Origin: Amoeboaphelidium protococcarum X5
Taxonomy: Eukaryota > Fungi > Aphelidiomycota
Reading direction: 5' to 3'
NCBI GenBank assembly: GCA_023515725.1
Contig: JALDTO010000266.1
Span: 2,108,762-2,172,761, forward strand
DNA: 64,000 nucleotides
Shown in pieces: positions 38,871 to 52,547 of the stretch. The position numbers were made by a program, and so were the translations under genes. The notes below the pieces were generated by a model. It was not told where the DNA came from. It was given only the letters and a program-made list of their open reading frames with translations, and did no database searches. Every line of letters begins with the position of its first letter. Position 1 is the stretch's first letter.

Positions 38871-39380
38871 ATCTACGACAGTGCAATGAAAGAACTGAGT
38901 AACCAGCAGGAAAATTGCATCAAACTGCTTTAAGGACAAAGCTAGTGCCTGCTTTTATACTTCTGGGGACTATTTAGATATTAGATGTCTTCTGTCATAA
39001 CTTAAAATTATTGCCTCTATCTTTTCTAGGGTCTCGTGACATATCTGTTAGACTTTCTGCGTATTGATTTACGCAGAGAGAGTCTCAGGTAATTGATCTT
39101 CTTTAGGAGGGTGTTATTTGAAAGTAGGTAGTTTCATATAAACGTAGGCCAAAATATTATAAAACATCTTTGAAAATACTAAGCGAATTTAAGAAAGTGC
39201 AATAGGATAAGAAGACGTTATTTATCGATGCAGCAACCGATTAGGATATAAATGAATAGGTTGTGTACGATACGGAATATTCGGAAAGATCTTTGCTGAT
39301 CGCTGTTGTCATGGCCGATTTAGCTCAAAAAATTATGATCGCTTTAAACTCCTTAAGATAATAAGGCTTTGTTTTATTAA

Positions 39381-40367
39381 TCATTGTTACCCATTATTAT
39401 CCTACTCTTCATTTATCTATCCAGCAGAAGAAGAACCGCCTGCACCAGCACCACCCATAGCGGCCATCAAATCTTGCAAATTCGGCATACCACCTGCTCC
39501 ACCTTAACCACCAGCACCGCCCATCATATTACCCAGCATTGACGCCATCTACGGATTAGACATCACCTACTAGGCCATATTCATAATCGCTGGATTGCTC
39601 ATCAGTGCGTTCAAGTCCATACCGCCCAGATTAGGTAATCCACCAGCAGCACCACCAAGCGGATTAGCACCCGGAGCAGATCTAGTACTAGATGTACCAG
39701 AACGAGCCTTCTAACGCGCCGTGGAAAGACTATTCTTGGTGACTTCATTCGATGGATCCAACTCTAGACTCTTCTCATACGCTTTAACAGCATCTTCATA
39801 CTTGCCCAGAGAGTAGTATGCTAATCCCAAACGACTGTACGCTTTCACAAACTTTTCATCAATTGCAATGGCACATTCACAATCCTTGATAGCATTCTCA
39901 TGTTGGCCCAACTGACTATAGGCAGCAGCGCGGTTGCTATAATACACTGGATTAGAGGCATCTAACTCAATTGCCTTACCATACTGTTCAATAGCTTCGG
40001 CATACTTTTTCTCCACCAGCAGCTGATTACCGCGCTTCTTCACCTCTTCAGCTTCCTTCTGCGTCTATGCCGATGACGAAGAAGATGAACCAGCAGCAGA
40101 GGACTCGGCAGTCTACTTCTAAGCGCCCTACTATGACTTTTGCATATTCAGATACACGTCAAAGATGGACTTTAATGAAGCGGGCTTGATGCTATACTTG
40201 GCAGCTTCAGTTTCCTCCATAACTCTAAAAGCTTCCAGTATGCACGACTTGGCAACACCCAGTGACTCTACGTCGTCTCCCGTTATAGCTCCGGAACTGA
40301 CCAGCTGATCCAAATACTCTCCAATCGCGACTGCTAATCTCTTGTCTTTATCATCCAATTCAGTCAT
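39381..40367 (-). CDS. SGT2: SGT2/SGTA TPR co-chaperone, 328 aa
   Basis: N-terminal dimerisation motif ESLGVAKSCILEAF, three TPRs (YYSNRAAAYSQ, KAYSRLGLA), Gly/Met-rich STI1-like tail (LMSNPAIMNMAQQVMSNP). Confidence 0.96.
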
Positions 40368-40733
40368 CTTACAATTTTATGACTTATAATTTTAAAACTA
40401 TCTTTAATTTACTATTGATTAGAAAGCTTTTTTTGAGTGTGGAGGGATTGTTACGAGACGGGACGAGCGAAGAGCGCGGCTATTAGCATTTGCAGTAATC
40501 ATCTCACTCCCTTACTCCTACTCACCTAGACTAAATCTGCATACCTATATAGCCAAAAACCTAAAATCAGACATATATAGTATACTTACGATAGATTGAA
40601 ACACTATATTTTATTATTTTATTTTATTTTATTCACATTCTATATCATATAAAAAAACACAATAAAATATATACATTTTCATTATGCACTTAAAAAACTA
40701 TATAGATAAGGCTAGGTGACTTAGATGGGATTT

Positions 40734-42572
40734 TCAGATAAGCCCTTTACTGTAAGGAGTTCCGGTCATGAACCAAACATCGTCAACGCGCCATTCGTGA
40801 CCAGCTTTATCATAATAATGTCCTTTTTGACCATGTTTAATGCCGCCTTTGCAATCATCAGGAGTCTCGACGTAATCAACCACATCAACAGTGTCCACTT
40901 CATTCAGAGGTTGCAATGCCTTGACATTGTCTCCACTTATGAAGCCTAAATCATGACCATAAAGTTACAGACACGCCTTAAGTTTAGGTAAGGACACCAT
41001 TACAGACTTGTCTTTAGGATTCGCAGATTTTTCAATACACAAGGGTTAAGCATCAGCTTCAATAGCTAGCTTATGCAGAGCTTCAAAACCATTCACCGCT
41101 TTATAGGACACGTTGGTAAAAGGACTCAATGTTCTATTACCAAACACTTCTTCGATATCAATTTAGCCATTTCCATTCATATCAGGCATTGCTAGCATTA
41201 CATCACCACCATCAGCTCCGGCATGTAGTTCAGTTACATTGCTTGGATCCAACCAGATACCTGTGCCAAACTTGACTTGAACGCGCCAATCATAGTTGAC
41301 ATCAAACACCAGAGGGGATGCACAACAACTACCAGCAGAATCTGGACTATAATCACCCATGTCCGGAGGAGGGGCAGGAGCAGAAGGAGGAGGCGGTGGA
41401 GGAGGCATCACAGGACTAGGAGGCTATCGAGGAGTATCTCTAGAAGGTGGACGTCTGTCTGGAGGTGGACTCCTGTCGGTAGGTGGGCGACGAGATGGAG
41501 GAGCATCCGGTTCAGCAGGCGGTTAAGGAGGACGCTCACGAGGTGGTGGAGGAGGTGGAGGTTAATTTGGCGGTGGTGGAGGATTAATAGGGGGAGATGG
41601 AGGAGTATCTCTAGAAGGTGGACGTCTGTCTGTAGGGGGACGACGAGATGTAGGAGCATCCGGTTCAGCAGGTGGTTAAGGAGGACGCTCACGAGTTGGT
41701 GGAGGAGGTGGAGGTTAATTTGGCGGTGGCGGAGGATTATTAGGAGGAGATGGAGGAGTATCTCTAGAAGGCGGACGCCTGTCTGTAGGGGGACGACGAG
41801 ATGTAGGAGCATCCGGTTCAGCAGGTGGTTAAGGAGGACGCTCACGAATTGGTGGAGGAGGTGGAGGCACATTAGGAGGTGGTGGAGTAGGTTCATCAGG
41901 AGTTGGTGGTGGAGGTTGCGGCTATCTTGGATTCCAGAAAGCAGGCGTACTAACTGTTAATGATGTAGTTACACTTGGCGAGGATGTCACAATAGTACCA
42001 GTGGACACTGCAGTTGTAGTAGAAACCTTATAAGATGACTGATACTTAGTAGAGGTAGATACAGTTGTATTCGTATATGTAGATGGGGTGCTAAACCAAG
42101 ACTAAATCACCATAGAAGATGGCGTCTCACCAGTTACTAAAGTAATCTTAGTGGTAGTAGTCAACATTTCTGTTGTATCAACTTAAGACGACGTACCAAC
42201 ACTACAAAAAGAGGAACTCGAAGAGACCTTAGTCTGAGTGGCAGGAATATCCAATGAAGTATTTTGATCAAGAGTTCTAGTGAATTGGCACGTTGCGCAA
42301 GGCGTGCTTTTAACAACAACCAGAGAAGTGGAGGAAATCGCGTGAGTTGTGACGCAAGTGGTAGATACAAATGTACGAGTACTAGCAGTAGAGGAGCAGG
42401 ATGTAGATGTTTGTTGACTTGCTTTAGGGGCACAAGATGCACAGCCATCAGGTCCACCACTAGCAGTTACATTGTCCCTCAAACGGCACTTGATCGCAAG
42501 ACCGTCGTTTGGCATCGCACGCGTAAACATCACAGCGGACGTTAAAAGCGAGCACAGTTTTAACAGTAGCAT
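40734..42572 (-). CDS. Secreted protein A, 612 aa: signal peptide, KCRLRD..CASC motif, S/T stalk, Pro-rich repeats, C-terminal FrpC-SPM-like domain
   Basis: One open frame with TAR=Gln; C-terminal 194 aa SPLVFDVNYD...DVMLAMPDMNGNGQIDIEEVFGNRT...NGFEALHKL...QKGHYYDKAG..VDDVWF. Confidence 0.85.
41430..41880 (-). repeat. Three coding tandem repeats of 153 bp (51 aa, Pro-rich)
   Basis: GAGCATCCGGTTCAGCAGG recurs at 41501, 41654 and 41807; unit PPPPPPTRERPPQPPAEPDAPTSRRPPTDRRPPSRDTPPSPP... Confidence 0.92.
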
Positions 42573-42932
42573 TATCGCTATTAAGTACAATGACAAACTT
42601 GAATGTAGAAAGATAAGCTGTGTGCTTGGTAGAAAATAGAAAAAGAGCAACATAACGATCAGTTACAGAAGTAGTTTAGGCAGGTCCAGAACACAAATTC
42701 ATCCTTGGCATTAGAATGATTGGCTGTTGGGTAAGTCAACGGCGGCTTGACCAACTAAAATCATTATCGACCATTTTGTGTAAAGATAATTCGTGTTGTA
42801 CTACTTCATCAAAACAAATCAGAGTTACACTACATTATCAAAGGAACACATGCGGATTCCTTGTATTCTGCTGTAATATAGTAGTGAAAAACTAACCCAA
42901 GCTTTAAATAAAAATCCTTACATAATTTAGCT

Positions 42933-43445
42933 TCAATCACAGAAAATGTGCAAAGTCTTCAAGGCTCTCTATAGTTGAAGAGTCTTACAACTCAATAAAT
43001 ATATATAAAAAATTCGTTAAACAGAAACGTACTCATTACTCATGCGCTCTTGGCCTATCAATACGGCCATTCTTTACCACAAAGGACATAGTTTCTCTAT
43101 CTGCCCGGGCGCGGCCAAACAGTACATAAAAATGCCAGAATCGGGAGCACAAGGCATCAGCGGTGCAATAACGGGACACAGAGCAGAATCAGGGCCAGAA
43201 GGGCCAGCAATGTAGGTATCTTCTTCAGTAGGCGTTAAGCAATCAGCAAAATTAGAAGCAGAACCAGCGTTGCCTTGTGTAGCCACTGTCGCCCCAGCGG
43301 GATGGCTTTTCACTTCATCTACACTCTAAGAGACGGCCCGAGCAAGCTATGAATGTATGGTCTCCGCACTTGTCGGGGAGGCTGAGAAGCATATGCAAAG
43401 CTACTAGGACCGCACTAATTACAAAAGTTATTTCCCGCGCACCAT
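42933..43445 (-). CDS. Hypothetical small Cys/Pro-rich protein; may be a frameshifted secreted gene
   Basis: Gene-like codon pattern in ADCLTPTEEDTYIAGPSGPDSALCPVIAPLMPCAPDSGIFMYCLAAPGQIEKLCP; a hydrophobic stretch (ITFVISAVLVAL, from ATG 43470) is one frame away. Confidence 0.35.
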
Positions 43446-43709
43446 CCTCAATGAATATGATTCCAGACATTTTTCTTCATATTTACTTGTGTACTCTAAG
43501 AGATAGAAGTAGAAGAGAGTGGAGTAAACTGAGTCGAATGTCGTTTGGAGTGTTGAAATGAGGCGCGTTAAATTTCCCTCGAACGGACGCGTCTGAGACC
43601 GAGGCGCGCTTCATCAAACATTACCCATGTCGGAAGCGGTAATTACACGCAGCAGTCACACAGCAAGTATAATATTATGTTAAATGCTCTTTAATAATCT
43701 TTCAAATGC

Positions 43710-46454
43710 TCACTTGATAAATCCGTTGGCAATTCTTACAATCACCTTGAGATTTCTCAAACTCGGATGAACGGGAGACATCTTGGACATGACTTGACAC
43801 GCACCATCAAGCATTTAGCATACAGATGGCATAATTGCACTAACGTATTCTTTAATCAGCGCATCATCTGGATTCAGTGATACTAAAGCTTCTTGGACCC
43901 ATAGCAATAGCATCTCTACTCCCTGCACATCCTTCAAATTCTACGACACGTAAATAGACGCGTACTGCACAAATGATAAAAGGACTGGCTATGAAATCAA
44001 CGGCTATTCATCCTCAAAGACTTGATCAATATCCAACTTAGTGACCAATTTCAGCAAAGTATCAAAATTCTTCGACTCCAGAGCTCTTACGAAAGCCGTC
44101 TCATAATCTCGTTGCTCAATATCCTGCTTGATCAAATCATCAATGCTCTTGGACATTAGGAGACCACTCATCTAACGTCCATTCTAGCCCATTTGTTGCT
44201 ACTATTGCTGCTACATCTATTATTACTATTACTCCAACTGCTGCCTGCTCGCAGTCTTCAATTCATGTACAGCATTACCCAAGTCTAGTACCATCTTCTG
44301 CAAGGTGTCAATCTATTACTTTTAGAGCTATTACGTTTACTCCACTCTCTTCAGCAGTTCATACTCTGTCTTTTACATTTTCTCAGTCTGCTGCTTAACT
44401 TGCTTAGTCAGTTCAGCCATTCCATCTGCCACGGCGCGATCTAACTGCTTCATAACACCTTACAGAACGGTTTAAAAAGATGGCAATAAAGTGTCTTTGA
44501 ATTCCACCTTGAAAATATCTTTCAACTGATTCTGTACGATTTAGCTCAATTCCGCGCTGATAGCCTCTTAATCAATAGATAGTGCAGCTTTCACCGGAGA
44601 TCCCTGGCTTAATTGTTTCTAGATATCCCTGCCAATCTGCTCTTTGAACGTCTCCATCTCCTTTTTGATTAGCTATACTACAGACTGATCAGCATTTATA
44701 GATGATGCTACAGGTCCGTTACTAGCAGGAGTAGGAGTATTCTCTTTGAACAGGCCGAGCTACTTCATGATGGAATTCCCAGGAGCCATGGAAGTCGGTG
44801 AGGATCTGTTCATATTTTATTAGTTGATAGCGTACTACTTTTCAATATCAGCAACCGATAAGATACCAGGAGCCTTAGAAGCAGATGATTAGCGTGAGCC
44901 GGTATTGTCTTACGCAGCGGATTGTACTTTAAATTACTTCTACTAAATATTGGCCGCTTTGGTGGACTAGCCATACTAAAACTGTGGACTAGATACTCCC
45001 TGCACTGCATACTGATGTTCTATCAAACGCACACTCTTACCGGATAAAATAGATACGACCAACCCGACACCTTCTGAACTATACGTGTACAAGTCAATAA
45101 CATCAGACTCGCCGAAAGTTTAACAATCCAAAGACAATTGAGACTGATCTCTGTCCCACAGGAAGATCAGATACTTATTATGCGCACTAAACGACACTGC
45201 CAACGTGGCGCATTTCTGATCAAAAGACAGCTTTATAAACTCATTACCACCCATACCATCAAACTTAAATCTCTGCACCCATTTAAAGTCAACTTTATTA
45301 GCATTTGCACTATTAGACTCCAAATTAAAGACTGACATAGTACTATCCTTATTGGAAGAAGTCACAAACGAGGATGGAGACAGCCAAGCAAAAGAGTCCA
45401 CATGAGCATTAAGATCAATCAATTTGAAGCTCTTCAAATCATCCACTTGGAACCGCAACAGGCGATGACTCTGATGCTGATTCAAAATAGCCATACTAAA
45501 CTGACCACTAGCATCACACTCACTTACCACCATATGGTCAATGCTGATAAACTTCAACTTGAACACGTCGCTCACCTCATCCAAGCTAACAAGCTACTTT
45601 TTAGGATTATTGTACAGGGCCTTCAAAGAGTTGGTATCCACAATGTACAGCTATTCACTGGTCAATATCAGCAGAAGGCGCTGGTAAGGAGACAACAGTC
45701 TTGCGCAGATAATATTCTCGTTACACCTCAACTTGACCAATAACTAACACATATCCTTCACCTAATCCTCACCGTCTACCGGCTAAACTCTGTACAGCGA
45801 CAACTATCCACGACTATCCGTCGCCACCAGCATTCTATCGTACAGACAAAAGTCCACCACTGTGCTCTAGTCTCCACCCACGCGCCAAAATAGTCCATCG
45901 CTGAGATGGATAACGCGTACACCACCCTTACTCTCATACGCGATAAAATCCTTGTTATGAGACACCAGCTGCTTATTGGAGAACTTTACTGAATGCTTCA
46001 GCATGGTAATGGTCTCTTGATTCTAGGGCTGGTATGATTTCACCGCAGCGTTGTCATCCAAATCTATAGCGACACTCTAAACACCAGCATTCACATCAGA
46101 TGACTGCGGATTAAATTCCAATGGCAAATTATCCGTAGACTATTGCTAGGAAGACTAAATCAGCTCTTGCAGTGTCCGACCTGTGAAAGACATGTCTCCA
46201 ACTCTTTCGCTGGCATTGATTCTATCCGAGCTCGATAAACCATCGCCACTCATAGTAGTTGAGCCATCATAACGTGCACCAGTAGAACTAGCATTATCAA
46301 CGTTCGAATCGCCATAGTCACCATCGTCATCGCCTTGGGACATTTGATCCTGAGGTGTCTGCGCAACCAAACTCTACCCAGAATCTTTACGGGATGAACT
46401 GCCCAACAGAATATCCAATAAACTCACACTAGACGGCTTCTTTTTCTCAGACAT
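43710..46454 (-). CDS. EDC4: Enhancer of mRNA decapping 4 (Ge-1/Varicose/Pdc1), 914 aa
   Basis: N-terminal WD40 (KQLVSHNKDFIAY..GVRVI), helical middle, C-terminal ISQPVLLSFVQ...LLWVQEALVSLNPDD. Confidence 0.85.
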
Positions 46455-46739
46455 GAAAATGGAAATTAAATATTGTCAGTACGACTTTATAATGAACCAA
46501 CCTCAACGAGCGTCAATAAGGTAAAGACTTTCGGTAGGAGAAGAATTGGAGAAGAACGAACGACGCGCGCCGTTCACGACTGATAGGGACGATTTTAAAT
46601 TACTCGCTCATTCCATCTGTTACAGTACAGTCGTCACGGTTGAGAGAGTGCAAAGGGGCGGATTCTTCAAATTTGATTGATTGATTACCTCTATCGTTTA
46701 TGTCATTACCGTGAAAAATACAATTAAATTTTGTTGAGA

Positions 46740-48137
<1,398 letters not shown>

Positions 48138-48602
48138 AATTTGTGAATTCATAATTCAATATAGTGACAGAATATTATTCTTACTTATTCTTTGTTATGA
48201 TTCAGCATACTGAATAGTCAACTATAACGCGCTTGCCTGAATCCATTAATCACTGCACTTTACTCTTTCAAGGGACTTGATATTTAGCGAAACTGATACT
48301 CTCACTTAATTAGTATTATCTTTGCGGCAAGATGTCATGTAATTTGCTGAATAACTCGGCAACTGTAAGCTATATAAACCGCCACATCATCTCTTTCTTT
48401 CAGCGTTTATTGTTTCAGCTTTGTCATTTCGATCGTTTCTCTTTCTTTCTTATAACTCTTACCGTATAACGCGACTTTGAGTTCAATAGGATTTTATTTC
48501 TCATATAGGTTGCAAGATATTTGTGATTATATAATTCTCTTATCATATCCCTTTTGAAATTATAGTATCTGATAATATTGTTTCAATAAGAGTTGAAGGA
48601 TT

Positions 48603-50486
48603 ATGAAGACTCCGTACAAGTTGTATGTGAGTGGCTCCTCTCCACAATCTATTAATGCAATGTCAGAGTTCACAGCCGACTACAGTATGGAGGAGATGTA
48701 TTGTGAGACAGACTTGGATTTTGAGTGTGATGCTCCTAAATGGTTTGACTTTCGTACTATGCCCAAGTAGCCTGAGAATGTGGACTAGTGGTTTGATAAC
48801 AAGATGGATACTCCGCTGAGTTAGAGATTGAATGAGCCAGAGTGTCTGTACGTTCCCGGTGAAGACTCTGCTGTTCTTGGTGGATCTGCGTATGGTGATG
48901 GTGGTCATGATTTTGATAGCTTTTCTACTCCTAGCAAGATGCCATCTATCCCTGAGCCAGGCAATAATAATAATAATAATAATAATGAGAACGGTGTGCA
49001 TTCTGCCTCTTAGTCAAGTGACTCTCGGCCGTCATTCGCCTCCGAGACCAAGTCGTTTGCATCTTCACGCAGCTTCAGTCTGGAAGAGTTGCGAGAGTCT
49101 CTTGAGCTGGATAATAATAATAATAATAACATTAATGATAATGAGTCTTAGAATTCCTTTAGATTTGATGAGGATGAGACTCCTACCAAGAATAAGATAC
49201 AGTTATTAAGGCTTCAGTAGCAGTCTCTTTTGAAGAATAAGCCATTCAGTCCAGTAAAGCCATCTCGATTGTTCAAGAGTGCAACTGCGGAAGATTTTCT
49301 GTCTTCTGAAGAGTCTTAGAAGGTGTTGGTAGAATCTAAGCAAGTGGAATCTTAGACTATTCAATTGTCTAAAAAGTATCCCTCAATGAAGACCAAGAGC
49401 TCTCTTCTAAATTCTTAAAAAGAGAATGATTCTGGTGGATTCAATGTGGAAAAATAAAGAAACTCTCTTATGCATAAGAGTGGTAGATAGGATAATAACA
49501 TTACTTCTGTCCAGCCAGTTGTCGCTAAGAAGAAAGTGGTCACATTTATGGCCACAAAGTCGGTGAAGCCTCTCACTGTGCCTGTTGAATTCAATTTTTC
49601 AAAGAGAGATGTTCCTAGGTAGAAGTCTGCTGTCCCATAGCAATCATAAAGTTAATTCAAGTAAAAAGATACTGTGGGTACTGCGCAATAGAAACCGCAG
49701 GTACAAAAGTCTGCACCCAAGTTGACAAAGCCTAAGCCGTTCAAATTCCATTCAGTAACTCGAGCTGCTCACAAAGTGACGTAAGAAAAGTAGTCTCCCT
49801 ACGTCCCTCTGGCAGAGTGCGTTAAAAAGTTTGAAGCCACTCCCGCTAGATTCAAGTCACATGTGAATGGGAACATTAAAGGGAAGGTTCAAGATGTATC
49901 AAGAAAATCTATTGCGCCTAAAAGATAGTATACTCATTTGCGAATTACTCATCCCAAGTCACCAAAGTTTTTGACTGATAAGCGTCTCATGGAAAAGAAA
50001 GTTGTGTAGTAGTAGTTTTAATAAAAGAAAGAAGAGTAAGGCAATGTCTCTCAACTGGTAAAGCCAAAAGTCAAAAAATTTAAATCAGCTGCACCTCTTA
50101 AGAAGGTAAATTCAAATGTTAACGGACTCGCCGGTGTGCCTCGAGTCAAGAAATAGGCTCTTACTATTCCAAAGTCGCCTAATATTACCAAGCCGTCCAA
50201 GTTGAGACAAGTAGTTCAATAACCATAGCAGTTATAAACGAAAGATACATCAGCGGGATAGAGTGAGAAGACTGCTGCGTCTTTGAAAGTTCAAGTGCCT
50301 CATAAGACTGCTTCTTCTGTGTCTCGTACCTTCGCCGCTAAAGAAATTAAGCCTGCTCCGAAGATTAATGTTTAGCCGTTGAAAAAGGATAACAATAATG
50401 GTGCGAATATGCAGAAGAAGCCTCCGAGAATGTCCTTCTTTGAGAGACTGGCCCAGCCGAAGCATCGCGTTGAAGTAAAGCACTGA
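48603..50486 (+). CDS. TPX2: TPX2-like spindle assembly factor, 627 aa
   Basis: Aurora-A-binding-like DFECDAPKWFDF...NVDQWFD; repeats LTVPVEFNF, LTKPKPFKF, ITHPKSPKF, LTIPKSP; SPYVPLAECVKKFE.TP.RF. Confidence 0.82.
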
Positions 50487-50612
50487 CTGTCTGATATGTA
50501 TTTCGACACAATACTAAAAGATTGATAACTGTAAATAACATAACATAATTGTAAAATCACGTAATCTTATGGATACGGCAAATCTATTGGCGACTCTGCT
50601 TACACTTTAACT

Positions 50613-52063
50613 TCATCTTTTATTATTTTGATACTGCCCAGCATAATGTTGTTATTGATAATAAGGATCCTGATATTATGATTGATACTATGGATCATAA
50701 CTACCGCCAAAATTTCCATCATACTACGCGTAGTACGGCTAATTAGGAGGTGGGTAGTCGCCACCAAATTATCCATATGGATCATACTGATACTGATCGT
50801 AGCCACCATAAAACTACTATTAATATCCCTACGACTGCGCGGAAGGATCCAACTAATAATATTAGTCATACTGGTTATAATCATACTGCGGCTGAGCATC
50901 ATAATAATTGTAAGTTTAACCATACGTATCTGGAGCAGCCTAGAAGGACGAAGTATCAGATGCCGGCATAAAATCACTTGCAGCACCACTAAATTTGAAC
51001 TCTGCAGCATTTGGATTGAACGAGAGCTATTTGCTCAGCTTTTCTGGTGAGCTTGGCTTTTCTTCAGCGTATTACTACTTTGCAGCCTCTGGTGCCTTTT
51101 CAGAGAGCTCTTACTGTGGCTTGACTTTACTTTCAGATGTGGCAATAGACTGCTCAGTTTTTTAAGCCTTGCCATCAGTCTTTCCACCAATCTGTGGTGA
51201 TTACTACTTAGATCTCAAAGATGGTGGTACATATTTCCCCTCACCGCGACTTTTAATACTACTACTACTGCTAACGTGAGAGGGAGATGGTTTATCTCTA
51301 ACTACGGCGCCATATAAATCCTCTTCATCTATATCACCGCTAAGTTTATGACCACGCTCCTCTGCCAAATGAATATTACTAGTTTGTCCACGCTCAATTT
51401 CCCTGGCGATTCTTGCAGCTTCACGCTCCCGCTTCTTATACTCTGCAGAATTCTTATCTAATGTAGTGGTGTATAATTCTTCTTTGAAATCAGTCTTTAC
51501 TCCAAATAGTTTCTCATTAGCTGCGAATTAATCCCACCTGCCTCTAGACTTTTCATTGCTATTACTGCTATTAGGTGTTTGTGGAAGAGGCGACGAATTA
51601 TCTGGCGCCCATGCGACTAATTCTCTCTGCTTGCCATCCTATTAATTTTATACTTCACCTCTATTATTACTGCTATTACCACCAGATATACCCGTGTCAG
51701 TTTTGAATCCTTGACGATCATTTAATATTCCGCCACTAGCAAAAGTGAGATCGATATCCGTGGCATGCATCATCTAAAACTTCTGCAAACTAATCTTTAT
51801 CTCCGACTTGACATCTTCCAAAGACACTCTTTATTATTATTATTTGTATGACTGATGCACGCACTTTAAAGTAATTCCACTAGAATCCAAATGACTAAAT
51901 ACACCTTCATACTGCACTCCATCCACAGTTTTCACCATAACATGAGTTCCAACGAAATTCGTAAGCAACAACTGCAATCTTTGACTTCTACATTAAATTG
52001 AATGAAATAATAATCTTAAATATAGCAACAAGTACTTAAACTTTAACCTTACAACGATCCCAT
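50613..52063 (-). CDS. PBP1: Ataxin-2/Pbp1 (SM-ATX + LsmAD), 461 aa; intron 51988-52052
   Basis: [67 protein letters not shown]; Q/Y-rich tail. Confidence 0.93.
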
Positions 52064-52547
52064 AATTAATAGCTGAATTCACACGTAAAAAGGTTGACTA
52101 TATTTGCCTAAACTTTAAGCTAAGCAAGCATGAAAGGAAAGGGAGAAAATAGAGGAGCGGAAGAAAACGAGAGGAAAATTCTCATTCAGTACTATAGTTT
52201 TCACTCAGACAGTCAGTCACAGTACAGTGGCTTCAATGGAGAATAGGAGAGGAAAGACTGACGCGTGAATTGAAACGCCTCCAATTGATCAACTCAAGGA
52301 GATATGTTTCATATTGTTGATTTTCAGCCTCCCATGCTCGCAAAGAATGAATCTCCACTGTGGATAATGTTGAATGATTGGTCAAGCCGCTGAAAGGGTT
52401 GACATAATTGGTCAAGCCTTAGATTATCCCAACAGCCAATCGTTGAATACCATGTAATTAGCATTTTTCGGTCACATAAACTACTTTAGGTCACTTCAAT
52501 CACACAATACATTGTCCTTTTTCAACTCAGATATCGTCTACTTAAAA

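Noticed and set aside
41245-41255. Internal Asp-Pro (WLDPS) as the SPM autocleavage site
   Set aside because: It lies about 25 residues inside the domain; the position equivalent to the FrpC Asp-Pro is the Ser-Pro of CCASPLV.
41277-41960. 227-aa Arg/Trp-rich and 162-aa Leu/His-rich ORFs
   Set aside because: Antisense and alternative-frame shadows of the Pro-rich repeats in secreted protein A.
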